Assembly (NCBI GenBank): GCA_038231275.1
Contig: JBBRLQ010000006.1
Span: 32,001 to 96,000 of the forward strand
From: Polyangiales bacterium
GTDB lineage: Bacteria; Myxococcota_A; Polyangia; Polyangiales; Polyangiaceae
Length of the DNA stretch: 64,000 nt
Direction: 5' to 3'
Below the pieces are notes generated by a model. It was not told the origin of the DNA and ran no database searches. It worked only from the letters and a program-made list of their open reading frames with translations. Positions 29,373 to 40,817 of this stretch are shown here, one piece after another; within the stretch, counting starts at the first letter, position 1; every line of letters starts with the position of its first letter. The position numbers were made by a program, and so were the translations under genes.

Positions 29373-30768
29373 CGGCGTTCCCCTGCGTGATGATGACGGT
29401 GAAGATCATGAGGGCCCACGTGGCGCCGACGAGCCAGACCGGCGACCTTGCGACGACCTGCTCGATCGTGCGGCTTCGCATGTACGCGTGCGCCGTCAGA
29501 AGACCGGCAGTGAAGACGAGCACTTCGATCATCCGCACAGTCGGCAGCAGCGGCGCGGCCGACGTATGGAGCCCGATCATGCCCGCGAGCAAACTGGACG
29601 CGCCCCCGAACGTCTTCGCGCGGAAAAATACCCACGCAACGCTGACGAGAACGAACGTCAGCGCGACGACGAACGCCCGGAGCGGCGCCGCGTCGGGCCA
29701 GCGCCGCAGCGGAACGCGCTCACCGAGCCATCGCTCGACCGCAAGGAAGAGGCCGTGGAGAAATCCCCAAACCACGAACGTCCAGCTCGCGCCGTGCCAC
29801 AAGCCGCCGAGGAGCATCGTGATCATCAGGTTCACGTACGTCCGCGCGTTGCTCCCGCGGTTGCCGCCGAGCGGGATGTAGAGGTAGTCGCGGAGCCACG
29901 TCGACAGCGAGATGTGCCACCGCCGCCAGAAGTCGGAGAAGCCGCGCGCGGCGTACGGGAACTGGAAGTTATTGGGGATGGAGAAGCCCAGGCACAGCGC
30001 GGCGCCAGTCGCGGCCGTCGAATAGCCGGCAAAATCGCAGAAAATCTGCCCCGAGAACGCCAACGTGCCGAGCCACGCGTCCGCAAATCCTAGCGGACGC
30101 GTCGCACCGTAGACCGCGTCGGCCGTCGGCGCGAAGCCCCCGTCGGCGAGCACCACCTTCTCGAAGATCCCCAACGTCATGAGGGCGAGCCCCCAGAGGA
30201 GCTGATCGCGCGTCGCTTTCCGCGGCTTCTCGAACTGCGGAACGAGATCGCTGGTACGCAGAATCGGCCCGGCCACCAGATGCGTGAAGAACGCGACGAA
30301 CAGCGCGAAGTCGAACAACTTGGGAATCGGCTTCACGCGACGCCAGTAGATGTCCAGCGTGTAGGACATCGAGTGGAACGTGTAGAACGAGATGCCGACG
30401 GGCAGGACGATGTTCCACGACGGCGGCACGTACGTCACCCCGACGGCGGCCATCAGCACCTGCCAGTTGTGGAGCATGAACGGCCCGTACTTGAAGAACC
30501 CCAAGAACCCGAGGTTCACGACGAGCGAGATCACGAGCCACGCCTTGCGTCGCTTCGGGTTCGTCTGGAGGTGGATTTGCCGCGCGACGAGCCAGTCGAC
30601 GACCGTGGACGCCCACAAGAGGACGATGAACGGCGGGTTCCACGCCGCGTAGAAGAGGTAGCTCCCGACGAGGAGCACGACCTTCTTCGCGGTCCACGGT
30701 AGCGGCAGGTTGTGAAGGACGAGGATCGTCGCGAAGAAGACGATGAACGTCAGCGAGTTGAAGACCAT
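29347..30768 (-). CDS. MBOAT O-acyltransferase (AlgI/DltB-like)
   Basis: LPVGISFYTF, DFAGYS, FWRRWHISLS, GLWHGA, C-terminal FIYFQF. Confidence 0.95.
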   Translation of the reverse strand: MVFNSLTFIVFFATILVLHNLPLPWTAKKVVLLVGSYLFYAAWNPPFIVLLWASTVVDWLVARQIHLQTNPKRRKAWLVISLVVNLGFLGFFKYGPFMLHNWQVLMAAVGVTYVPPSWNIVLPVGISFYTFHSMSYTLDIYWRRVKPIPKLFDFALFVAFFTHLVAGPILRTSDLVPQFEKPRKATRDQLLWGLALMTLGIFEKVVLADGGFAPTADAVYGATRPLGFADAWLGTLAFSGQIFCDFAGYSTAATGAALCLGFSIPNNFQFPYAARGFSDFWRRWHISLSTWLRDYLYIPLGGNRGSNARTYVNLMITMLLGGLWHGASWTFVVWGFLHGLFLAVERWLGERVPLRRWPDAAPLRAFVVALTFVLVSVAWVFFRAKTFGGASSLLAGMIGLHTSAAPLLPTVRMIEVLVFTAGLLTAHAYMRSRTIEQVVARSPVWLVGATWALMIFTVIITQGNADGFIYFQF

Positions 30769-30788
30769 CCAGCTTGGAGGCTTCTACC

Positions 30789-31270
30789 CTACTTTTGTGC
30801 GCAGAACTTGAAACCGTCGAGGCCGCTCGGCCCCGTCGACGCCACGCCGGAGCACTTCGCGACCGAGCCGCAGTCGCCGTCGTTCTGGCAACGCTGCGGG
30901 TTGCCCACCGGTGGGAACGGCTCGGTCCCCGGCACGAACACGTTCTTGTGGACCCACCCGCTCCATCGCTTCGACGGATCGTCGGGGTTCGTGAAGCTGA
31001 CGAGAAAAAAATCTCCGCGACGCGCGACCTTCGCGACAGGGTTGCCTCGCGTGAGGATTGCGACGAGCCGTCCGTCGGGGTGATTGGCGCGCACTGGAGC
31101 GGCCTTCCACTCGACGTACTGCTTCTCGTTGATGACCGTCTCGTCGGGGAAGCGCTGGATGTCGTCCTTGTTCGACGGCGTGACCGAATCGTCGGCCAGG
31201 ACGCTCGCAGGCTGCTTGGGCGCACCGCAGGCGGCCACGAGCGCGGCGACGACGACGATCGCGGCGCGCA

Positions 31271-31274
<4 letters not shown>
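30789..31274 (-). CDS. Hypothetical lipoprotein (SH3-like segment plus Cys-rich tail)
   Basis: LVAAC lipobox; ...SGWVHK...; ATGA overlap with glmS stop. Confidence 0.65.
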
Positions 31275-33166
<1,892 letters not shown>

Positions 33167-33264
33167 GATCCGTCCACCTCTCGCCTGTTCGCGTCACGAA
33201 ACGCGCAAGGAGAAGAGGGTAATCCACCCCGCCCCGGATCACTAGCCGCGGAAACGACCGTAAT

Positions 33265-34155
33265 TTACTGGCATTCGAGCGGCGGGAGCTCGGCGGCAGA
33301 GGCGCCGTCGGCGATCGCGCGCGCCTGGCCGAAGACCTTCCGGTACGTGTCGATTCGCGCGAAGACGGAGAGGTTGCGAGTGTTCTCGTCGCCATCCATC
33401 GCGCTCAGGCTGATGACGCCGACGACCTCGTTGGTGCGGCGCGAGATGATGGGGCCGCCGGAGTCGCCGGGGCAAATCGAAGCGGTGAGCATCAGCGTCT
33501 CGCTCGTGATCGCGCGGACGTGACCGCCCGGTCGGACCTTGCGGCGGATGCCGTCGTCGGAGAGCGCGCAGCGTCCGAAGCCGGCGGGCGCGAGCTCCTC
33601 GCCGATCTCCGGCGGGTGATCGAGGCGCGCCTTGGGCGGCGGCGCCTTGAGCGGGTTCTTCGTCATCATGCCGGCGAGCTTGCGCTTCAGCACCAGCACT
33701 GCGACGTCCCCGTTGCCGCCCGCCTCACCGCACGGAGGTGCGACGATGGCCGACACGCCCACGCTGCCCCACGGGAGATAGTCGCCCCCGAGCTCGACGC
33801 CGACCGACGCCGGATCGAGGACGTCCTTCGTGTACTCGCCCTTCGGCCCGCGGCGCACGATGCAGTGGTGTGCGGTGAGGACGAGATCGTCCTCGACGAG
33901 CGTGCCGGAGCAATTCATCTGCGGCCCGACGACGCGAACGATCACGTCGTCCCCTTCGAGGAGCGAGATCGGCGGCGCGAAGAGGACGCGCGGGTCTTCT
34001 TGCGTCTGCGCGGCGGGCCTGACCGCCGGACCTTTCGCGCGCGCGAACGGCATGGCGCAGCCGGTCGAGCCAAACGCCGTCGCCAGCGCGGAAGCCGCGA
34101 CGACGAGCGAGAGAAGGTTGTTGGTGAGGCGGGGCAAGGGCGAGCTTTGACGCAC
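33265..34155 (-). CDS. Trypsin-like (S1) serine protease, probable lipoprotein
   Basis: CSGTL, LTAHHC, DVAVL, GDSGGP; start uncertain. Confidence 0.85.
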   Translation of the reverse strand: MRQSSPLPRLTNNLLSLVVAASALATAFGSTGCAMPFARAKGPAVRPAAQTQEDPRVLFAPPISLLEGDDVIVRVVGPQMNCSGTLVEDDLVLTAHHCIVRRGPKGEYTKDVLDPASVGVELGGDYLPWGSVGVSAIVAPPCGEAGGNGDVAVLVLKRKLAGMMTKNPLKAPPPKARLDHPPEIGEELAPAGFGRCALSDDGIRRKVRPGGHVRAITSETLMLTASICPGDSGGPIISRRTNEVVGVISLSAMDGDENTRNLSVFARIDTYRKVFGQARAIADGASAAELPPLECQ

Positions 34156-34241
34156 GACGCTCCGTCGAGGGGGGGTTCGGGAAACGGCAACAGAGGAGAG
34201 GAAGTGGCGGCTTGCCGGCCGTAGCCTGGCTCGTCGTCGTT

Positions 34242-34769
34242 TCAGCGAACCGCGAGACGCGCTTGGCGCGTGGCGTTGTGATAAGCGACGGCGCTCGCCT
34301 CGGGATGAGCGTTCGCGTCCTCGACTCCGAGCTCGACGAGCTGGCGCATGATGTCGGCGCGGCGCGTCGCGGATGCCAAGAGCCAGGTGTCGCAGCGCGA
34401 GATGCCGTCGATGCCGGGCTCGCACGCGTCGAGCACGCGCTGCTCCGCGGCGAGCGCATCGACGGCGCGCCCTTGCTCGAGGAGCGCGCGCGCATAGAGG
34501 TGATCGATGATCGGCTCGGTGCGCACTTGCGGCGGCGCCGACTCGACGACGTTGAGCGCCAGACCCGGCACGCGCGCATCGAGGTAGGCCTGCGCGAGAT
34601 CGCGTACGGCGATGGGATCGGCCGGCCGCTCAGCGACCTGCGTCTCGAGAGCCCGAACGCGCATCGACTGCTGCTCGTTCAGAATGGGCTTCTCACGCTG
34701 GGTTCCCGACGCGAGCCACAACGAGGCCAGCGCCGCCAGGACCACAACGTTCCACGCCTTCAGACCCAT
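34242..34769 (-). CDS. Hypothetical exported TPR-like protein
   Basis: GGGAGAG RBS, N-terminal hydrophobic segment, helical LAQAYL / YARALLEQGR. Confidence 0.7.
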   Translation of the reverse strand: MGLKAWNVVVLAALASLWLASGTQREKPILNEQQSMRVRALETQVAERPADPIAVRDLAQAYLDARVPGLALNVVESAPPQVRTEPIIDHLYARALLEQGRAVDALAAEQRVLDACEPGIDGISRCDTWLLASATRRADIMRQLVELGVEDANAHPEASAVAYHNATRQARLAVR

Positions 34770-35023
34770 TCGCTCTCCCGGTTACGCGCGCCACGAACCT
34801 CAGCTGCAGGCAGTCAGACGTACAGCCAGACAAAAAGTTGTACGGCAGCACCCATTTTGTCTTCCGCAGGGGGGGAGACAAGACAGGGCGACGGAAGTTC
34901 CTGACCGGAGAGAAAAAGAGTGGGCGCGTGTGGGCAGCGAAAGAAACGCCTTGGGGCTTTGAACGCACGAGCCCGGCTGGCATTGGGTAAGTGAGCGGGT
35001 CCCGTGGGCGAAGTCAGATCAAC

Positions 35024-35046
35024 TTATTGAATTTACTCATCAATAA
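35024..35046. promoter_or_regulatory. AT-rich inverted repeat TTATTGA-N9-TCAATAA
   Basis: Perfect 7-bp arms in a low-GC patch of a 300-bp intergenic region. Confidence 0.5.
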
Positions 35047-35067
35047 TTCGCTAAATTGACCCGATAC

Positions 35068-35556
35068 CTAGCCGGCTCCGGCGTCATTCGGCGTCTTGCA
35101 ATCGGGTGTGCAGCGGTTCGTCGAGCACGCGTTGGCACGGTTGTAGTCGTCGATCCCGCCGTCGTGAGCCGCCGCGCAGTTCTGAGGGCAGGTGATGAAA
35201 TCGAAGCCGCACTTGCCGATGCAGTCGCCGAGCGCCTTGCACTCGGCGTTGGTGACGAAGCACCGCGTGAGCTCCTCGCAGCAGTTTCGGTTTAGGCAGT
35301 CATCGCACGGCGGGTAGTAGGTCCAGGGCGTGCTGCACCCTGTGTCCGGGCGCGGCGTTCCATCCGTCACGGCGCCGTCCGACGACACGATCGCATCGGG
35401 AGTGGTCGCGTCGACGGCGCCGCCTTCGCCGCCGGGCGCCGCGCCGTCGCGGAACGTAGCCTCGTCCTCTTGGTGGAGCGGGAGCACCCATTGGCAACCG
35501 GCGCCGGCCGCCGCCACGCACGCGAGGGCGAGCGCGGTGAGTCGGCGCGGGCTCAA
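35068..35556 (-). CDS. Cys-rich lipoprotein
   Basis: TTG start overlapping upstream TGA; GAGC lipobox; CxxC...CC...C pattern with about 12 Cys. Confidence 0.75.
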   Translation of the reverse strand: MSPRRLTALALACVAAAGAGCQWVLPLHQEDEATFRDGAAPGGEGGAVDATTPDAIVSSDGAVTDGTPRPDTGCSTPWTYYPPCDDCLNRNCCEELTRCFVTNAECKALGDCIGKCGFDFITCPQNCAAAHDGGIDDYNRANACSTNRCTPDCKTPNDAGAG

Positions 35557-36380
35557 AATGCGCCTCCCACTTCGGGCGCGCGGAAGCCGGTGCGCGCGGA
35601 TCGCGCGGGGCGATCGACGAGCCACCAAACGAACGCCGCGCCGACGAGCACGATCCCGGCGCCGAGCGCGACGTCCGCGGCGACGAACTCGCGGTTCACC
35701 GTCCCGTAGCTCCCGCTCGAACAGCCTCGATCGCAGCCGAGGTGCGCGCGATCGTTCGCGCCCGCGATGGCGAAGCCGCCGAAGACGCCGAGCGACACAA
35801 CACCGAGCCCGCCGAGGATCCAGGTCGGAATCGGAATCGAGCTCGGAGTCGGAGTCGGAGTCGGAGTCGGAGTCGGAGTCGGAGTCGGAGTCGGAGCCGC
35901 CGGAAAGAGGATGGCGATCGAGCGATCGTGCTCCCCCTGTACGAGGAGCACCGTCTCCTCCCGGCGCTCGCCCTTGCTCGAGCGGACGACGATGGTGTGC
36001 TTGCCAGGATCGAGCGGGAGGACGCGGCCGTCGAGGCGCGCGGGGGCGCCGTCGACCGTCGCAGTGGCGTCGAGAAGATCGTGGCCTGCGGAGTCGCGCG
36101 CGACGAGGACGATCGAGGGCAGCGCGCGGCTCACCTCCTCGAGCCACTGCGCGCAGTCGCGCTGGACCATGCCTGGGCAGGCGGCGTCGGTGCAGACCTC
36201 GAGCTTCCGGCGCGCCGTGAGCAGGGCTCCGCCCTTACGCGCGTCTTGCGCGGCGACGTACGCGTCCACGCACGCCGTCCGATCGGGCGCGTCGGCGCGC
36301 GCGCTGGTCGAAGCCATCATCGCCACGCCGGTGAGCGCCGCCGCGAAAAACGACGCACGGCGAGGCACACGGAGACGCAC
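35553..36380 (-). CDS. Secreted Cys-containing TPR-like + PEGA-like protein with (PT)n linker and C-terminal hydrophobic segments
   Basis: Signal peptide ARA-D, ACVDAY...VC...ACP...DC..W, TVDG...LDPGKH, ends VGGAF. Confidence 0.8.
   Translation of the reverse strand: MRLRVPRRASFFAAALTGVAMMASTSARADAPDRTACVDAYVAAQDARKGGALLTARRKLEVCTDAACPGMVQRDCAQWLEEVSRALPSIVLVARDSAGHDLLDATATVDGAPARLDGRVLPLDPGKHTIVVRSSKGERREETVLLVQGEHDRSIAILFPAAPTPTPTPTPTPTPTPTPSSIPIPTWILGGLGVVSLGVFGGFAIAGANDRAHLGCDRGCSSGSYGTVNREFVAADVALGAGIVLVGAAFVWWLVDRPARSARTGFRAPEVGGAF
35845..35892. repeat. (GGAGTC)8 microsatellite encoding Pro-Thr linker
   Basis: Read directly from sequence. Confidence 0.95.
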
Positions 36381-36407
36381 GGCAGGACCCTAGCGCCGTG
36401 GCCGCGG

Positions 36408-37901
36408 CTAGTCGAGCGGGCAGTCCGGCTTGGGAATCTTGACGCCACCCTGCCACGTGAACGGAGGATCGCAGCTCGGCGGCCGCGCCGACGCCGGCGG
36501 CCTCGCGGCGGTGGCGGGGGGACGAGCAGGCCGAATCGGAGTCGGAGTCGGAGTCGGAGTCGCGGTCGGAGTCGGAGTCGCGGTCGGAGTCGGAGTCGGA
36601 GTCGCGGTCGGGGTCGGGGTCGGGGTCGGAGTCGCGGTCGGGGTCGCGGTCGGAGTCGCGGTCGCGGTCGCGGTCGCGGTCGCGGTCGCGGTCGTGGCGG
36701 ACCGAAAGCGATCGCGGAAGGCGAACGCCGCAACCGCTGCGAGGAGGACGGCGGCCAGCGCGAAGCGTCGAGTCCGCCGACCAGGCCGCGCCGTGGTCTG
36801 ATCGTAGCCCTCGAGCGCACCTACGATGTCTGCCATCGCACCGAAACGATCTGCCGGCGCCTTTTGCGTCGCCCGACGCACGACCGCGTCGAGCGCCGGC
36901 GGAATGGACGACCCACCGGACGGCGGGAGGCGCGGCAGATCCGTGCTCAGGATCTGCGAGACGAGCGAGAACCCCTTCCCGCTCCACGGCCGCGTGCCGG
37001 TTAGAAGCTCGTACGCGAGCACCCCCCACGCGAACTGATCGCATCGCCCGTCCACGATCTCGCCGCGCAGCTGCTCGGGCGCCATGTACATCGGCGTCCC
37101 CACCACCGCGTCGCTCTGGGTGACCGTGGAGACCTGGCCCCCCGCGACGGCCTCCGCCCCCGGGACGTCGACGTGGCGTGCGATCCCGAAGTCGACGACC
37201 TTGATGACGCCGTCCGCGCGCACCATTACGTTCTCGGGCTTCACGTCGCGATGGACAAGCCCCTGGGCATGCGCGACGCCGAGCGCGCGCGCGACGTCCG
37301 CCAGCCACGACACGCGGCGCGCGAGCGAAATGGACGCGTCACCGACGTGAGCGCGGAGCGACTTGCCCTTCACTAGCTCCATCGCGAGGTACGTGGCTTC
37401 GTCGAGCTGCCCGACGTCGAAGATCGTGACGACGTTGGGGTGCTGGAGCTGCGCGGCGGCCCGTGCTTCGCGGACGAGGCGCTTTCGCTGGGCCTCCGAG
37501 TCGAGCGCCGCGTGCGCGACCACCTTGAGCGCGACGTCCCGCGCGAGCTCCGGATCGTGCGCGACGTACACGGTGCCCATCCCGCCATGGCCGAGCGTCT
37601 CTCCCACGACGTAGCGCCCGAGCTTCGTGCCGGGGCGAACCCGTGCACGCGCGCGGGCCAACAAGCGCGAGAGATCCGCCTCGGCCGACAGAGTGGTCGC
37701 AACCGCAGGGTCGCCGCCCTCCGCGTCGAGCGTGAACGCCGTCCGGGCGACGGAGGCCGCGAGCGCATGGCACGCCGCGCACCCGTCGATGTGCGCCCGG
37801 ATCTCCTCCACTTCGCCCTCGAGGCTCTCCCCCGCGACGAAGGACGCCATCGTGTTGTCGTCCAAGCAGCGCGCCGCCTGCGGTATCTTCGGATCGAACA
37901 T
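36408..37901 (-). CDS. Ser/Thr kinase with N-terminal zf-HC2-like motif, TM helix and Pro-Thr tail
   Basis: C...HIDGCAAC, GHGGMG, HRDVKPEN, DFG, GTPMYMAPEQ; tail ends CDPPF...KPDC. Confidence 0.92.
   Translation of the reverse strand: MFDPKIPQAARCLDDNTMASFVAGESLEGEVEEIRAHIDGCAACHALAASVARTAFTLDAEGGDPAVATTLSAEADLSRLLARARARVRPGTKLGRYVVGETLGHGGMGTVYVAHDPELARDVALKVVAHAALDSEAQRKRLVREARAAAQLQHPNVVTIFDVGQLDEATYLAMELVKGKSLRAHVGDASISLARRVSWLADVARALGVAHAQGLVHRDVKPENVMVRADGVIKVVDFGIARHVDVPGAEAVAGGQVSTVTQSDAVVGTPMYMAPEQLRGEIVDGRCDQFAWGVLAYELLTGTRPWSGKGFSLVSQILSTDLPRLPPSGGSSIPPALDAVVRRATQKAPADRFGAMADIVGALEGYDQTTARPGRRTRRFALAAVLLAAVAAFAFRDRFRSATTATATATATATATPTATPTATPTPTPTPTATPTPTPTATPTPTATPTPTPTPIRPARPPATAARPPASARPPSCDPPFTWQGGVKIPKPDCPLD
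36536..36692. repeat. Degenerate hexamer array (GGAGTC/GCGGTC/GGGGTC) encoding (T-A/P)n
   Basis: Read directly from sequence. Confidence 0.9.
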
Positions 37902-38718
37902 GGCTTCTGCGCTCGGTCCCGACTGGCAAGCCGCGCGCGCGGCGTGGCCGGGGGTCGACGTGGGCGAGGAGGAATTCGCCGCCTACGTGACCGACCGAAT
38001 GGATAGCGCCAAAGAGGCCGGCAAGCACGCGGCCCTTCGCACGAGCGATCTCTACCTCGCGTGCGCGTGCGCGCGTGGTGACGGCGCGGCGCTCGGGGCC
38101 TTCGAGCGCGCCTATTTCGCGGAGATCGCGCGCGCGATGCGGCGTACGCGCGCGACGCTCCCCCCCGCCGACGAGCTCACGCAGGTCGTCCGGCACAAGC
38201 TCTTCGTCGCGGACGTGGGCGCGCGGCCGGCCATCGCCGAGTACGGCGGGCGCGGCGACTTGCGCGCATGGCTGCGCGTCCTCTTGAGCCGCATGATCCT
38301 GAACCTCGCGACGCGCCCCAGCCGCGAGGTCCCTTTCGAAGAGGATCTCCTCGCCTCCCTCCTCGGCGACGGCGGCGCGCCCGACCTCGGCGGCGCGAAA
38401 GAGGCCTACCGCGCCGCGTTTCGCGCGTCGTTCCCCGAAGCCTTCGCAGGGCTCCCCGATCGCGATCGCTCGCTCCTCCGCTACGCGTTCGGTGAGGATC
38501 TGACGGTCGAGGCCATCGGCGCCCTCTACGGCGTTCACAAGACGACGGCCGCGCGCTGGGTCGTGCGCGCGCATCAGGCGCTCCTCGACGCTGTTCGCGC
38601 GGCGGTCATCGCGCGCCTCGGCATCGCCGAGGACGAGTACGCAAGCGTCCTGCGGTTGGTCCACAGTCGCCTCGAGCTCTCCCTCGAGCGGTACCTCAAG
38701 ACCCCTCCCGGGCGCTGA
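37900..38718 (+). CDS. Myxobacterial sigma-70/ECF-like factor
   Basis: AARAAWP, DLYLACAC, YGGRGDLRAWLR region 2; LPDRDR...IGALYGVHKTTAARW region 4 HTH. Confidence 0.8.
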   Translation: MASALGPDWQAARAAWPGVDVGEEEFAAYVTDRMDSAKEAGKHAALRTSDLYLACACARGDGAALGAFERAYFAEIARAMRRTRATLPPADELTQVVRHKLFVADVGARPAIAEYGGRGDLRAWLRVLLSRMILNLATRPSREVPFEEDLLASLLGDGGAPDLGGAKEAYRAAFRASFPEAFAGLPDRDRSLLRYAFGEDLTVEAIGALYGVHKTTAARWVVRAHQALLDAVRAAVIARLGIAEDEYASVLRLVHSRLELSLERYLKTPPGR

Positions 38719-38787
38719 GTGGAGCGAAGCGCAGCGGAGCGAAGCGCTCCTGACGGGAAGGCCTGACCGGCTTTTCCGATCAGGCCT
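38716..38787 (+). repeat. Dispersed REP-like element, copy 1 (full, with hairpin)
   Basis: TGAGTGGAGCGAAGCGCAGCGGAGCGAAGCGCTCCTGAC followed by AGGCCTGA..TCAGGCCT stem; matches 57527-57600 and 62141-62179. Confidence 0.85.
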
Positions 38788-38920
38788 CGATTCGAGAAAA
38801 AGAGCGCCCTTTCGCGCTACGAACCGCCCGCGCCGTGTCTTTCCCCTCGGAAGGCGCAAAGCCCGCGGCGATGCATGCCCGCGCGCGCGCCTCCTCTTGA
38901 ACGAATAGGGAGCGCGAAAC

Positions 38921-39706
38921 ATGATGATGCGAGCGAAGTTTCTCGGAGCGGCCATTGCCGCGCTCGGCGTGATCGCGGCGTGCAGCAGCACGACGAGCAC
39001 CGGCAGCAGCGGAAGCAGCGGAAGCAGCGGAACGAGCGGAGGTGGAGGCGGCGGAGGCGGCGGACCCGACTTTCTTTGCAGCTCGAGCAAGCCGTGTCCC
39101 TCGGGCGAGTTCTGCTTCAACGGCATCTGCGCGTACGGCTGCACCAACGACGGCAACTGCGCGGCGAACCAGTACTGCGACACCGGCTTCAGCAAGACCT
39201 GCCAGAACAAGACGGGCCCCGCCGGCTGCACCAAGGACACCGAGTGCGCGAGCAACCAGGCGTGCGTGAGCGGCCTGTGCAGCGTCGTGCCCGCGACGAG
39301 CCCGACGTGCAAGCCGCCGCCCGGCGCGAACGACGGCTGCGACACGAATTCGGTGTGCCTCGCCGGCAAGCAGGGGCAATCGAACACGTGCTTGACGTTT
39401 CCGTCGTGCGGCCAGGACGGTAGCTGCCCCATCGGCCAGCTCGGCGCGGTGTGCAACGACGGCTACATCCAAGGCAAGGGACGCTTCTGCATGCCCGGCA
39501 TGTGCAAGGACGCGAAGAACTGCCCGACCGGCGACGCGTGCGTCTCCGTCGCGACGGGCGCGCCGCTCGGTCAATGCTCGAACGGCGGGACAGGCCAGGC
39601 GTGCGACGCGACCCACGCGTGCCAGACCGGCCTCACTTGCCAGACGGTGCCGGGCTTCGCGGGCGTGTGCGCGCCGGGCTTTCCCGGCTTCGACGCCGGG
39701 ATCTGA
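38921..39706 (+). CDS. Highly Cys-rich lipoprotein
   Basis: GGGAG RBS, IAAC lipobox, Gly/Ser linker, repeated C-x4/5-C modules. Confidence 0.85.
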   Translation: MMMRAKFLGAAIAALGVIAACSSTTSTGSSGSSGSSGTSGGGGGGGGGPDFLCSSSKPCPSGEFCFNGICAYGCTNDGNCAANQYCDTGFSKTCQNKTGPAGCTKDTECASNQACVSGLCSVVPATSPTCKPPPGANDGCDTNSVCLAGKQGQSNTCLTFPSCGQDGSCPIGQLGAVCNDGYIQGKGRFCMPGMCKDAKNCPTGDACVSVATGAPLGQCSNGGTGQACDATHACQTGLTCQTVPGFAGVCAPGFPGFDAGI

Positions 39707-39718
39707 GGCGACCGCCCG

Positions 39719-40792
39719 TCAGAACGACGACGCGAGCTCGGCGAGCACCCAGTCGCCGACCTCGCGCGTGCCGAGCTCGCCGCCGACGTCGCGCGTGCAC
39801 TTCTTCTCTTCGATCGCGCGCGCGACGAGCGCCTCGAGCCGCGCCTCCTCGGCCGGCCAGCCGAGGTACGCGAGCATCATCCCTACCGTGAGCACCGACG
39901 CGAGGGGGTTCGCGAGGTTCTTCCCCGCGAGCGGCGGCGCGGATCCATGCACCGGCTCGAACATCGCCACGCGCGACGGATCGGCGGCGTGCACGTTCGC
40001 GCTCGCCGCCATCCCGAGCCCTCCTTGGAGCGCGGCGCCGAGATCGGTCACGATGTCGCCGAAGAGGTTGCACGTGACGACGACCTCGAACGGCGACGGA
40101 TCCTGCACGAGGTACAGGCACAGCGCGTCGACGTAGACGTGGACCGCCTCGATGCCGGCGTACTCCTTCGCCACCTCGAAGAAGCAGCGGTACCAGAGCT
40201 CGTGCGCGTGCTTCATCGCGTTCGATTTATCGGCCATGTGCACGCGCTTCTTGCCGTGCTTCTTCGCGAACTCGAAGCCCGCACGGATGAGGCGCTCGAC
40301 GCCCTTTCGCGTGTTGAGGTCCTCGTTGATGGCGATTTCGTCGGGCGTGCCCCTCTTGAACTGACCGCCCATGCCGACGTAGATGCCCTCGGTGTTCTCG
40401 CGAAACACCGTGAGGTCGACGTCCTTCGCTGTGCGGCCCTTGAGCGGGACGAGACGATCGGAGAGCGCTTTGACGGGCCGGACGTTGGCGTAGAGATCGA
40501 GCCCGAAGCGGAGACCGAAGAGGATCTCGCGCGCGTACTCGATGCTCTTCACGCGCGGATCGCCGAGCGCGCCGAGGAGGACGGCGCTCGCGTCGTTGCG
40601 GATGCGGTCGGCGACGTCCTTGGGGTAGGTGACGCCGTCTTTCATGAAGCGGTCCGCACCGAGATCGAGATCCCAAAGCTCCAGCGGCAAGCCGCGCTTT
40701 TCTCGATAAAAATCGAGGATCCGCCGTGCCTGCGCGATGACCTCGGGGCCGATGCCGTCGCCGGGAAGGAGCGCGATGAGCTTGGAGGACAT
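39719..40792 (-). CDS. Isocitrate/isopropylmalate dehydrogenase family (LeuB-like)
   Basis: PGDGIGPEV, RENTEG, NLFGDIVTD, FEPVHGSAP. Confidence 0.9.
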   Translation of the reverse strand: MSSKLIALLPGDGIGPEVIAQARRILDFYREKRGLPLELWDLDLGADRFMKDGVTYPKDVADRIRNDASAVLLGALGDPRVKSIEYAREILFGLRFGLDLYANVRPVKALSDRLVPLKGRTAKDVDLTVFRENTEGIYVGMGGQFKRGTPDEIAINEDLNTRKGVERLIRAGFEFAKKHGKKRVHMADKSNAMKHAHELWYRCFFEVAKEYAGIEAVHVYVDALCLYLVQDPSPFEVVVTCNLFGDIVTDLGAALQGGLGMAASANVHAADPSRVAMFEPVHGSAPPLAGKNLANPLASVLTVGMMLAYLGWPAEEARLEALVARAIEEKKCTRDVGGELGTREVGDWVLAELASSF

Positions 40793-40817
40793 GGGGCAAA
40801 CACGGTAGCACCGAGGG

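Noticed and set aside
33167..33264. glmS ribozyme
   Set aside because: Gap under 100 bp and no recognisable ribozyme core.
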